Assembly: GCA_963728075.1 (NCBI GenBank)
Contig: CAVSIP010000002.1
Coordinates: 46,759-110,758 of the forward strand
DNA: 64,000 bases
Direction of reading: 5' to 3'
Source: an uncultured Actinomycetota bacterium
GTDB lineage: Bacteria; Actinomycetota; Actinomycetes; JAFAQI01; DASSKL01
Shown: positions 1 through 9,279 of the stretch, one piece after another
How the letters are laid out: each line of letters starts with the position of its first letter
How positions within the stretch are numbered: the first letter of the stretch is position 1
Position numbers and translations under genes: made by a program
Notes under the pieces: generated by a model
What the model was told of the DNA's origin: nothing
Databases searched by the model: none
The model's input: only the letters and a program-made list of their open reading frames with translations

Positions 1-31
1 ATCGTCGGTCTCCTGCACACCTGCGGCCGGC

Positions 32-385
32 TCAGCTCGCCGCTTTGACCGACGAGCCCACGGCAGCGCCGCTCGAGGTGGGCACCGGCGTGACGGCGCC
101 GGCCTTGAACGACACCCCGGACCGGTCGTTCATCGACCAGGGGGTGGCCACCAGGTCGGTGACGGTGACGAACGTGCCCGGGGTGACGTTCTTCGGCGAG
201 CCGGCGGTCTTCACCGTGATCAGCTCACCGCCGCCCTCGACGGCCAGCGCGACAAGCTGCACGACGAACAGCGGCTCACCGTTCTCATCCGCCTTCGGCG
301 CCCGGGTGGTGAAGTCGACCACCGGCTCCGGTGACGTCGTCGCGACGAACCGCAGCTCGGAGGTGTCAATCGGCAAACGCAACAT
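32..385 (-). CDS. AICE replication activator Pra / SCO3933-family protein
   Basis: 117 aa with family pattern MLRLPIDT...PLFVVQL...ITVKTAG...LVATPW...GVSFKA; GGAG RBS upstream. Confidence 0.75.
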   Translation of the reverse strand: MLRLPIDTSELRFVATTSPEPVVDFTTRAPKADENGEPLFVVQLVALAVEGGGELITVKTAGSPKNVTPGTFVTVTDLVATPWSMNDRSGVSFKAGAVTPVPTSSGAAVGSSVKAAS

Positions 386-1365
386 CGCAGAACTCCTTGC
401 TAGACAGGAGAAGAACAGGGACGGGGACGACCGGGACGGGCGGCGGGGCCCTTGCCCAGCGAGCCGGTGCAGGTGGCATGCACAGCACTATGAGCCCGAG
501 GTGGGGCAGGGTTTTCCCGGTGAGAGCACGCCCAGCGGCGTCGGCGTGGACCATCGAGTGCGCCCTGGTGCAGGACGGTCCGCAACGGTCCGCAACGGCA
601 CGCGACCGCGCCACCGAAAAAATCATGGACCGTACGGCGTGTCGGGCGTGTCGCACCGACCGGCCGGAACAAACCGCCACCCGCCGCCGCCAGCACCCGG
701 CGGCGAGCACCACGCCGGTAGCCACGCCGCGCCCGGCAGCACCCCCGCCGGACCCGCCGCCGGCACGGCCCGCGCTGCCGGTCAGCCACGCCCCGCACGA
801 CGCTGGCCGCGACCCGGCCAGGACGAACGACCACGACCGCCGGCACACCCCCGCGCACGCAACCCCGGCCGAGAAAGGTGCGAAGGAGAGGAGAGAAGGG
901 GTTGTGAGAGCTTTCTCTACAGACTTCAAGAGCGCAGGCTGCGGGCGGGCCTCCTCCGTCGGCCCGTCCTCGCCCGCGCCACCCTCGGGCGGGCGGGGCG
1001 GGCTTGCCGCAGCCGCGCCTCCCGCCACGGGCTGACCGACATGGACGCCAGCGGCCAGCCCGCCCCGGCCGCTGACCTGACCGGCGCGCACCTCGACGTC
1101 TATGACACCCGCGACGACTCCCCCGACCTGCTACACCCTGCCCTTGGCCGACGCCGGCATCCATAAGAACGCGCTACCGTGCAGTCGTGGTCTGGAGACT
1201 CACGAGCGAATGCGTCCCCGACTTCGCGGAAGTAGACCGACGGCAGGCTAAGGAGATAGTCAAGGTTGCCGGGGGAACGGCCCGAGCCGGCTGGGGCGCT
1301 ATCGAATCCTCCCCGCAGCGCCCTCGCCGCCGGAACCGATTGAGCGTGTGATGCGTCGGAGTCAT

Positions 1366-1791
1366 GTGACCTTGCCGAGGGTGATCGCTCTGCTCGGATT
1401 GAGCGTGCTGGCCTTGGGCGCATGCACTGGGTCGCGTACTCCGTCTGCTCCCAGCGCGGGACGGGCGTCAGCTTTGGAGACGTTGCTGCGCCCTTCCACG
1501 TCCTCCCCGGCCGAACGGACGGACGTCGGATGCGCAGGCCAATGCGGTCCGCCATTCCAACTCGATGTCTACTTCACGCGGGGAACCTCCGTCACAGCCG
1601 CGGAGACCGCGCTGTCAGCCTGCCGGCGCACAGACGTGGTGTTGCGGGTGACCGAGCCGAGGCTTGAAGGCGACGATCGGCTAGTCGCGACGGTGTTCAC
1701 CAGCGAGAGCATTGATGGCTCCGGAATGAGGCCGCTACTGGACTGTCTGCATGCGCGCACCGTCGTGCAGTCCGCCGTGTGGCCTGGCTAG
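1366..1791 (+). CDS. Lipoprotein of unknown function
   Basis: Hydrophobic signal with lipobox LALGA-C, S/P-rich linker, small Cys-containing domain. Confidence 0.65.
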   Translation: MTLPRVIALLGLSVLALGACTGSRTPSAPSAGRASALETLLRPSTSSPAERTDVGCAGQCGPPFQLDVYFTRGTSVTAAETALSACRRTDVVLRVTEPRLEGDDRLVATVFTSESIDGSGMRPLLDCLHARTVVQSAVWPG

Positions 1792-2052
1792 CCGTTGAGC
1801 GAGCACGAAGCCACGCCGGTCTCATGGCCATGCTTGGTCGGGAGTAGTGCTCGACAGCGCGCGACCGCTCGTGCTTTCGCGTGGGTACCCCAGGCGATTC
1901 CTACGTGCCGATGCAGACCGGTCGCGCCGCGGAGGAAGTGATCCGACCACAACGGTGCCCTGTGTTCGCGCACCGTTGGGCAACTCGCTGACCATCGCTG
2001 ACGCTTCCGTTCGTCCTGTCATGCCGATGAACGGACGGCGGGCAACCGAGGG

Positions 2053-3300
2053 CTACTTGGGCGGGTCCGGCGAAGCGGTGGCGCGGGCAGAGCTGGCCCC
2101 TCCGGTTGCGTCGCGGCGGCCGGCCGGTCCGTACCAGTCGAGGCACAGGGTCGTGGCGTCGTCGCGCAACTGCCCGCCGGTGGCATCCAGCACGTTGCGC
2201 GCCAGTTCCTGGACGACCTGTCGGGGATGGCGCTCCGGGCTGCTCGCCAGGATCCCTTCGATGTCGACCTTTGCGGCGTGCCGCTCAAGGTATCCGTCGG
2301 TCACCAGCAGGAGCCGGTCACCGGGTTGCAGGGTGACCGTGTCGGCCGTGTAGGGGATTGCCGCCACCCCTAGCGGCGGATGGCTTGTTAGATCGAGCTG
2401 GCCGGCCTGCCCGTCTCGGAGCAGCTAGGGCAGCGGGTGCCCGGCGTTCACGACCTCCGCCTGCCCGTCGACGAGGCGGACGCGAAGCAGCAGTCCGGTG
2501 ACGAACTGGTCGGGGCGGGCGGCGGCTTTCAAGATGGCGTTCGCGGTTTCTGCCTGCTGAGCCGGGCGCGCCAGGCCACGCCGCTGATTGCGAAGTGTCG
2601 CGACCGTCAGGGTCGCCAACTGCGCCGCTGCCGTGGAATGGCCCATCGCGTCGGTCAATGACGCGTAGAGGAACTCTCGATCCAGCGAGTAGTCGAAGGT
2701 ATCTCCGCCTGCGTCGTGCGATGGCTCCAACCACCCCGCCAACGTGACCGGGCCCACCTCGGCGGTGTATGCCGAGGGAAGAAGTCGGCGCTGCATCTCG
2801 GCGGCGACCGAGAACGGAACGTCGCGCTGCGCCCATTCGAACAGGTCGGTGTGACGCCTGGCGGCAATCAGCACGTAGGCCAGGGCGTGCGCCGCCGAGA
2901 CCAGGAAGTCGAGGATCTCGGTGTCGGGCTGCTCCTGGAGGGATACCTCGAGGATGCCGATGGCGTCGCCGCGTTCGGTGACCGGAATCAGTACGAGCCA
3001 GCCGTCGGGGGCGGTCGTGACTTCTAGGTGCTGGCTCCACAGCACCCGCTCGTGCGTGGTTCCAGGCAACGGCAGCTGTTCGGCTCGCTCGTTGTGCCCG
3101 GCAGTCGCGCGGGTGCCGACCACATGGGACAGTCGCACGAGGCCGGAACCGGAGAAGTTTGCGATCAGCAGTCCGACGTGCCCGGCGCCGATCAGCCTCA
3201 CCAGTTCCGCGGCCAGCACGTCCACCGCGTCGATGGGCGAGGCCTCTTCGACTGCGGCCAGCAACGGCCGCAAGTCCAGCCGCGCATCCGCCGCATCCAC
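2053..3300 (-). pseudogene. PP2C/SpoIIE (RsbU-like) Ser/Thr phosphatase with GAF-like N-terminus, interrupted by in-frame TAG at 2425-2427 (start approximate)
   Basis: Motifs GGDTFD, DAMGH, NAGHP, then in the same frame after the stop LLLVTDG and DDAT. Confidence 0.85.
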
Positions 3301-3934
3301 GCGCAGAGCGTAGCCAGCCGCCGACCTGCTCGCCGTCTCCAAGTCAAGCACCTCAGCCAACGTCCGCTTATGCCGCTGCGCGAACGATGCGTAGCGACAG
3401 TTCCTTGGCGTCGTTGCGGCCCCACGGAGTGCACGGGAGGTGCCGCTGGAGCTCGGGCGGCGGGCGGAGGACGGGCTGCCGACCACAACTGCCACCTATG
3501 TTCGGGCGCCGCGGGACAAGTCACCGAGCGCAGCCGGCGTTGTACGACTTTCGGACTTGTCGCCGTCTGCGTGGAAGCCGACCGCCGTCGACAGCCAGCT
3601 GGGCGCCATGAATTTCAAGGACGCGCTCCCAGGCGACAACATTCTGCAACATTCTGCCGAATTCTCGGCATATAGGACGGGTTCCCCATCGCGTAGGCTG
3701 GTCTGGGCTACCCCGCCACAGTTTCGGCCGCTTTGAGTCCGTGAGTAGATGCTCACCTCGGCTTCTAGCGCGCTGCCGCATGCGGCGATCCGAGCTTCCG
3801 GGCAAATCACGCTTTCCCGCTCAGGTCGGGATGCGAATTAGCCCTTAGTGACTATGGCGAATGCTGACTAGGGGCGCCCAGACTCGGGCGGCGATAGGCA
3901 CAGAGGTGGGGGCGCCTAGTTCGGGAGGTAAGCC

Positions 3935-5026
3935 ATGGGGACTAGCCATCACGGCCGCAGGTGGACTGCGATCGCCCGGCTGATGAGTGTCGTGCTAACC
4001 GCGGCCGCGGTTACGGCCCTTCTTCCGAGCAGTGGAGCGGTCGCAGACGACGGTGTTTCTGCATGGCTATCGAGGGTGGCGGCGGTCGGTAACAGCGCAG
4101 ACGCTCACACAGTAAGCGACGAGCTCAAGACCATCTTCAGTTCCCCCGAGGCAGCCTCGCTAGTGGCATATAGCCCAATTGGCACAACTCTTACACGAGT
4201 CATCGACGACAATTCTGCGTACGTCGTCACTGAACAAGCGGCCGCCGCGTACCGCGACCAGATCGTCGCAGCCCTCACCGGTCGCTCGGAGTTCCCATTG
4301 AGCGGCGACCCGGCCGGTGACGACGTCATTACCCAGCTGAACGCCGTAGTGGCATCGCCGGAGTATGCGGCTGCGACAAACGCACTTTCCGAGGTACTCG
4401 AGGAGCCGCAGGCGGTTACCTATTTCGCGAGCAGGCTCACCGATCTGATCCAACGCGGGGCGATGGTGCCAAGCGACTTGACCGACCTATTTGCCATCGA
4501 CATGATCCCATTCTCCCGACTTGCCGTCGCGCTCGGGTTCGACGTGTTCGGACTCCTGGCTGGTGCGGTCAGTGTCGCGACTGGCATCGCTGCGGGTGTG
4601 TGTATTGCTCTGGAGCCGTGTGGAGCGGTTGCTCTCGGCGTCATTGGCGCCACGGGAAGCGTCATTATGGGGGAACTCGGCCTTGCGGCTGCGTTGTATG
4701 ACCGCAACACATCGCCACAGGGATGCGCGGCGAGCGCGAACACGCCCGTGTTCCAGGGTGGCGGGCAGGTGTACTTCAGCGGATCGGTCAACTGCTCCGC
4801 CTCGGTTTCAAGCCTCTCAGTCTACGTCGGCGAAGTTGACAATGGAACCGAGCGCGCGTCGACCGGAACCGGGTGCAGCAACTGCTCCAGTGTCAGCGTC
4901 AGCATCCAGACGTATTCGATGCCACAGGGCTGCTATCAGTCGAACGCCTACTTCGTCTCCTACAGCAACGGTGCGACTACCACCGGAAACACCGTCTACA
5001 GCCAGATGCGATGCGGCCAGCCGTAA
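3935..5026 (+). CDS. Secreted 363-aa protein with a hydrophobic hairpin and a Cys-rich C-terminal domain
   Basis: GGAGG RBS; signal peptide ending AVA-DD; long Gly/Ala hydrophobic segment; 6 Cys in the C-terminal ~100 aa. Confidence 0.8.
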   Translation: MGTSHHGRRWTAIARLMSVVLTAAAVTALLPSSGAVADDGVSAWLSRVAAVGNSADAHTVSDELKTIFSSPEAASLVAYSPIGTTLTRVIDDNSAYVVTEQAAAAYRDQIVAALTGRSEFPLSGDPAGDDVITQLNAVVASPEYAAATNALSEVLEEPQAVTYFASRLTDLIQRGAMVPSDLTDLFAIDMIPFSRLAVALGFDVFGLLAGAVSVATGIAAGVCIALEPCGAVALGVIGATGSVIMGELGLAAALYDRNTSPQGCAASANTPVFQGGGQVYFSGSVNCSASVSSLSVYVGEVDNGTERASTGTGCSNCSSVSVSIQTYSMPQGCYQSNAYFVSYSNGATTTGNTVYSQMRCGQP

Positions 5027-5053
5027 CGTACATCCGTATGATCGGGTCGGCGT

Positions 5054-5299
5054 GTGACACCGCCGACCCGATCAGACTTTCCTGCGGGGGTAGAGGTGAG
5101 GGCTAGCACGACCCCGAAGCGGTTCGTCGTTGGCATGAGCGCGGCAGTCGGAGCGCAGCTGATCGTGCTCGGGATCGTCGTTGCTGTTCTGTTGGGAGCG
5201 TCAGCGGACTTTCTGTTTGCGACACTGCCCTTGCTAGGACTGAGTCTCGGTGTGACCAGTGCGCTCACCCTGGCGGGAACCGCGCGAACTCACGAGTGA
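5054..5299 (+). CDS. Small two-TM membrane protein (start may be about 5096)
   Basis: Two hydrophobic stretches; GAGGTG RBS-like sequence near 5093-5098. Confidence 0.55.
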   Translation: MTPPTRSDFPAGVEVRASTTPKRFVVGMSAAVGAQLIVLGIVVAVLLGASADFLFATLPLLGLSLGVTSALTLAGTARTHE

Positions 5300-5464
5300 G
5301 CTACACCGCCTTCGCGCGTTGGCGGACGTCCCATGGGGCCGGTATCGGTCGCGCACATCGCGCCCGGGTAGCCCTGTTGACAGCGTCGGCTACCTACGAC
5401 GCCTCTTGGGAGCACTCGTTTCGAGCACGAAGGCGCGTGGGTCCGACCGTTCAGCCCTGGCCTA

Positions 5465-5890
5465 GTGATGTGCATGGCTATACCGAGGCACGGCAGGTGG
5501 TCGCATTTCGATGCCGTCGTCGACCTTGCGGTGTACGCCGACACAATGACAGTGCTCAGCCAGACCGCGTTCGCAGGGCTATTCCGCAACAACGACGCCT
5601 CGCTGCGCAGATACCTGCGTGGGTTGACGACATCCACGCACACGTCCCCATGACGGATGACGGTGCTGACCGGCTTCGCCGCCGTGCCCTACGCGATTCA
5701 CGGGTCCGAGGACGCCTCGAATCGATCGCGAGGCGCGGGCACCTTGCCAACGTAACGACGCGCCGGCTCCGGCCATGCATGCTCGAGCACGGGCTCGACG
5801 CAGACGCCCTGCTCGACTCGCATGGCGATCTCATCCTCGACGATGAAGATGTGCCGCTCGTTGTCCAGTTCCTCAACGAGGCGTCGCCAC
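5465..5890 (+). pseudogene. Frameshifted remnant resembling Kiwa anti-phage KwaB (DUF4868) C-terminal half
   Basis: FDAVVDLAVYADTMTVLSQTAFAGLFRN, then a frame change near 5595 to IPAWVDDIHAHVPM...RDSRVRGRLESI...GHLANVT...VVQFLNE; recognised from memory only. Confidence 0.5.
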
Positions 5891-6283
5891 GCGGAGCGCT
5901 GCCCGAGCCGCCGCCGCATGAGCTGACCGCAGCAGAGCGCGACAACGTGGCATCAGGCGTCCGATCCCTGCTGCAAACGGGCCGCGCGTCCATCGGGCAG
6001 CCGCCGAGACGTTGCGAAGCGCAGATCGTCACGTTCTGGCACGGCGACTCGATCCTCGAGGTACGCCACGCGGCGGGCTCAATCGCCAGCCTGACGCGCA
6101 TCCCTCGCCGCCCGCGCTCGCAGGACAGCGACCTACTGTTCTCCCTGCTCGCTCGTCACGTGGCAGAGCTGCCTGAGCGGTAAGTGCCGTTAGGCCACAC
6201 ATAGGTCGCTGTACGACACAGGTGGTCTAACGGCACCTAGTATCACTTGTGTTCTGGAGCGAGTGGCGCGCCAGAATGGCGCC

Positions 6284-6514
6284 ATGCCCAGTGTGCAGGT
6301 AAAGGACGTCCCGGCTGACGTACATGCCATCTTGCGCCAGCGTGCGGCAGCTGCCGGGCAGTCCTTGCAGGAATATCTGCTCGATCGGCTCACCGAGGAG
6401 GCCCGGACGCCCACCCTTGATGAGGTGCTGGATCGCGCCGGCGGCCGCGCTGGCGGTTCGGTGTCCTTCAAGGCGGCGGTCGCCGCCGTCCGAGCCGACC
6501 GTGATCACCGGTGA
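6284..6514 (+). CDS. vapB: FitA-like ribbon-helix-helix antitoxin
   Basis: MPSVQVKDVPADVHAILRQRAAAAGQSLQEYL; GTGA overlap with the PIN toxin gene. Confidence 0.88.
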   Translation: MPSVQVKDVPADVHAILRQRAAAAGQSLQEYLLDRLTEEARTPTLDEVLDRAGGRAGGSVSFKAAVAAVRADRDHR

Positions 6515-6903
6515 TCGTCGTCGATGCCAGTGTGCTGGCTCCGGCGCTTGGCGATGACGGGCGAGACGGTGACCGTGCCCGCGCCCGGCTGCGTGGAGAA
6601 CAGCTGGCCGCTCCGCACCTGATCGACCTGGAAGTCGCCTCCGTCTGGAGGCGGCAACTAGCCGGTGGACGCATGGATCCGCGGCGAGCCGAGATGGCGG
6701 TCGCCGATCTGACGAGTCTGCCGTTGCGCCGAGCGCGGCACGTCAATCTCTTGTCGCGATGCTGGGAGTTGCGAGAGAACCTGACGCCCTACGACGCTGC
6801 CTACGTGGCGCTCGCTGAGGCCCTGGATGTCACGCTTGTCACAGCCGATCGTCGGATGGCCCAGGCACCTGGGCCTCGCTGCACCGTCGAGGTGCTCTCC
6901 TGA
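6511..6903 (+). CDS. vapC: PIN-domain VapC toxin
   Basis: MIVVDAS...APHLIDLE...LTPYDAAYVALAE...LVTAD. Confidence 0.93.
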   Translation: MIVVDASVLAPALGDDGRDGDRARARLRGEQLAAPHLIDLEVASVWRRQLAGGRMDPRRAEMAVADLTSLPLRRARHVNLLSRCWELRENLTPYDAAYVALAEALDVTLVTADRRMAQAPGPRCTVEVLS

Positions 6904-6956
6904 GTCACCCGTTCGGGAGCGGCGCTTTGGGAGCCGGCGAAGCGGGCCTCACAGCA

Positions 6957-7508
6957 CTACGCGTGGACGTCGATTCGTGCCGTGAATGCGAGTTGCACAC
7001 ACGGCCCACAGTCATCGGTTCTGGTGACGACGCTAGTGGTGCCCACTGACCGGGCTTCGATGACTGCGGCTGGGCCGCCCCCCTCACCGCTGGTTTCAAC
7101 AGAGCAGACCGAGGCCGCAGCGTTTCCGGTGAGTGAGAACTGACCGAGATGCCTCCGCGCGAAGCGGGCCCAGATGGCAACGCGATCGCCGACAGCGACG
7201 TGAACTACGACCGGCTCAGGATTGCCCGCCAAGCCCCCCGCTTCGTCGCCGCCAAGTCGAAACGTCGCATGAGGCACGGGGGAACAGCGAGCGGCTAGAA
7301 GAACTACCGGTGACTGTGACGTGTTCACGGACACCGACTCGCTCGCCCTGGACGTGGCCGAGCTCCTGAGAGGGCTCTGTCCGGACGTCATCCCTGTCGT
7401 TGTCGGCTTCAAACCGCTCGACGCCGCGGATGGTCCAGTTTGCGCAGCGCCGCAGCCCGCACTCCCCGCGAGAACGACTCCCGCTACAGCGAACGCGAGC
7501 GTGTTCAC
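6957..7508 (-). CDS. Lipoprotein of unknown function
   Basis: Signal ending LAGSAG-C, S/T-rich linker, beta-rich domain with CGPC; GGAG RBS. Confidence 0.6.
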   Translation of the reverse strand: MNTLAFAVAGVVLAGSAGCGAAQTGPSAASSGLKPTTTGMTSGQSPLRSSATSRASESVSVNTSQSPVVLLAARCSPVPHATFRLGGDEAGGLAGNPEPVVVHVAVGDRVAIWARFARRHLGQFSLTGNAAASVCSVETSGEGGGPAAVIEARSVGTTSVVTRTDDCGPCVQLAFTARIDVHA

Positions 7509-7691
7509 GGAACTCCCCTCGTGCTTCGACTAGGGCTGACGGAGATGAGACGCGCACTGCGCCAGCGCGGTTCCATTGGGGCAGGTCACATCCACCTTGC
7601 CCCGCGCGGTTGCACGGCCGCACGCCCGCTTGGCCGACACGCGGTAGCGCCGGCTTGACGTCGATCGCTTGCCCACTGTCGCCGGGACATA

Positions 7692-7887
7692 GTGCCCTAC
7701 TACCGAGCACGGTCCGGCTGCCCTCGTCTCGGGGTCTGTCGCCGCCGAGGCCACAACAACTCCTCCGAACGACAGTGTCGTGGCGGGCAACGCGGCGCCG
7801 GACAGCTCCTGCGAGACAACAAGCAGAGCGCTAGCCGGTGCCTGCGCGTGCCCTATCTGTGCCCTAACTGGCGGCGAAATAGGGCAC
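7692..7887. repeat. Candidate integrase arm-type binding sites (GTGCCCTA)
   Basis: GTGCCCTA at 7692, 7848 and 7859, plus inverted TAGGGCAC at 7880. Confidence 0.6.
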
Positions 7888-7943
7888 AGGACGGCCATTC
7901 ACGGTCACTGGCCGGGGGCTCATCAGAACGCCGTTCTAGGCCT

Positions 7944-7967
7944 CTGACCTGCGAAAACGCAGGTCAG
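7944..7967. terminator. Perfect hairpin CTGACCTGCG-AAAA-CGCAGGTCAG immediately downstream of tRNA-Ala (terminator or att-associated)
   Basis: 10-bp perfect inverted repeat with a 4-nt loop. Confidence 0.65.
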
Positions 7968-7971
7968 GCGG

Positions 7972-8047
7972 TGGTGGAGACGAGGGGACTTGAACCCCTA
8001 ACCCCCGCCTTGCAAAGGCGGTGCTCTGCCAGTTGAGCTACGTCCCC
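7972..8047 (-). tRNA. tRNA-Ala(TGC), CCA encoded
   Basis: GGGGACGTAGCTCAACTGGCAGAGCACCGCCTTTGCAAGGCGG...GGTTCAAGTCCCCTCGTCTCCACCA. Confidence 0.97.
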
Positions 8048-8076
8048 GGGACGACGACCGACAGGGTACCCGGGGC

Positions 8077-8202
8077 TCAGCGCAGGTCGGGCTCCTTCGT
8101 CGCCTCGGCCCACAGCGCGGCCTCGAGCTGCGCCTCGCGGAGCCGGCGCAGGGCGCCGATCCCGGCGCCGACGGCGAGCAGGAGCACCAGCAGCTTCTTC
8201 AC
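8077..8202 (-). CDS. DLW-39 family small protein (41 aa; absent from the ORF track)
   Basis: MKKLLVLLLAVGAGIGALRRLREAQLEAALWAEATKEPDLR; typical position between tRNA-Ile and tRNA-Ala. Confidence 0.85.
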   Translation of the reverse strand: MKKLLVLLLAVGAGIGALRRLREAQLEAALWAEATKEPDLR

Positions 8203-8225
8203 GGACCCAGCGTACGGCGGCCGGC

Positions 8226-9258
8226 TCAGCGCACGTCGGCGGCTGCGTCGGCGTACGTCACCCGCAGCTCCCGCTTGAGGATCTTGCCGCTGGGGTTCTT
8301 CGGCAGCGCGGGGGTCACCAGCACCTGCTTGGGGACCTTGAAGCCGGCGAGGTGCTCGCGGCAGTGCGCCTGCACCGCAGCGGCGTCGAGCACCCCGCCC
8401 TCCTTCGGCACCACCACCGCGACGACGGCCTCGATCCAGTACGGGTGGGGCACGCCGAAGACGGCGACCTCGGCGACGTCCGGGTGCTGGTAGATGACCT
8501 CCTCCACCTCCCGGCTCGCCACGTTCTCACCACCGGTCTTGATCATGTCCTTCTTACGGTCGACGACGGTGAGGTAGCCCTCGTCGTCGAGCACGCCGAG
8601 GTCACCGCTGTGGAACCAGCCGTTGCGGAAGGCCTCCGCCGTCTTGTCCGGGTCGTTCCAGTAACCGAGCATCGCGTGCGGCGAACGGTGCACGATCTCG
8701 CCGACCGTGCCCGGCGGCACCGGCTGGTCGGCGTCGTCGACGACCGCGGTCTCCACGTTGAGCCCCGCCCGGCCGGCGGACCCGGGCTTGGTCAGCTGCT
8801 CCTCGGGTCGAAGGATCGTCGCCAGCGGAGCCATCTCGGTCTGGCCGTAGAAGTTGAACAGCCGGACCTGGGGCAGCCGGCGGGACAGCTCACGCAGCAC
8901 CTCGGTCGGCATGATGGCGGCGCCGTAGTAGCCCTTGCGCAGGCTGGACAGGTCCCGCTGGTCCAAGTCCGGATGGCGCAGCAGCGCGATCCACACCGTC
9001 GGCGGGCAGAACAGCTTGGTGGCGCGCTCGCGCTCCACGGTGGCCAGGATCTGCGCCGGGTCCGGCGCCCCCAGCACGATGCTGCGGGCACCCAGCCAGA
9101 CGTCCGGCGTGAGGAAGCAGTGCAGCTGCGCGCAGTGGTACAGCGGCAGGGAGTGCACCTCCACGTCGTCGCCGGTCATCTCACCGTCGACGGCGCACGT
9201 CGTGTACTGCGCCAGGAGGCTCCGGCTGGTCATCATCGCGCCCTTGGGCCGCGACTCC
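8226..9258 (-). pseudogene. Acyl-CoA synthetase (AMP-binding), N-terminally truncated
   Basis: YGQTE, FHSGDLG, DRKKDMIKTGGENV and PKNPSGKILK are present; homology starts at ESRPKG with no preceding YTSGT. Confidence 0.8.
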
Positions 9259-9279
9259 GCCGTAGTGGACACTGCGCAG

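Larger units (their letters stand above)
1..7970. mobile_element. Putative AICE / genomic island integrated at the tRNA-Ala 3' end; only one end is in the window
   Basis: Pra/SCO3933-like gene at the left, a TA pair, visibly lower-GC accessory genes, arm-type repeats and a hairpin next to the tRNA-Ala 3' end. Integrase, Rep and Tra genes are not in the window. Confidence 0.75.

Noticed and set aside
2425-2427. Pyrrolysine or amber recoding
   Set aside because: Single instance; no pyl genes in the window; TAG is used as a normal stop in ssb, rpsF and dnaB
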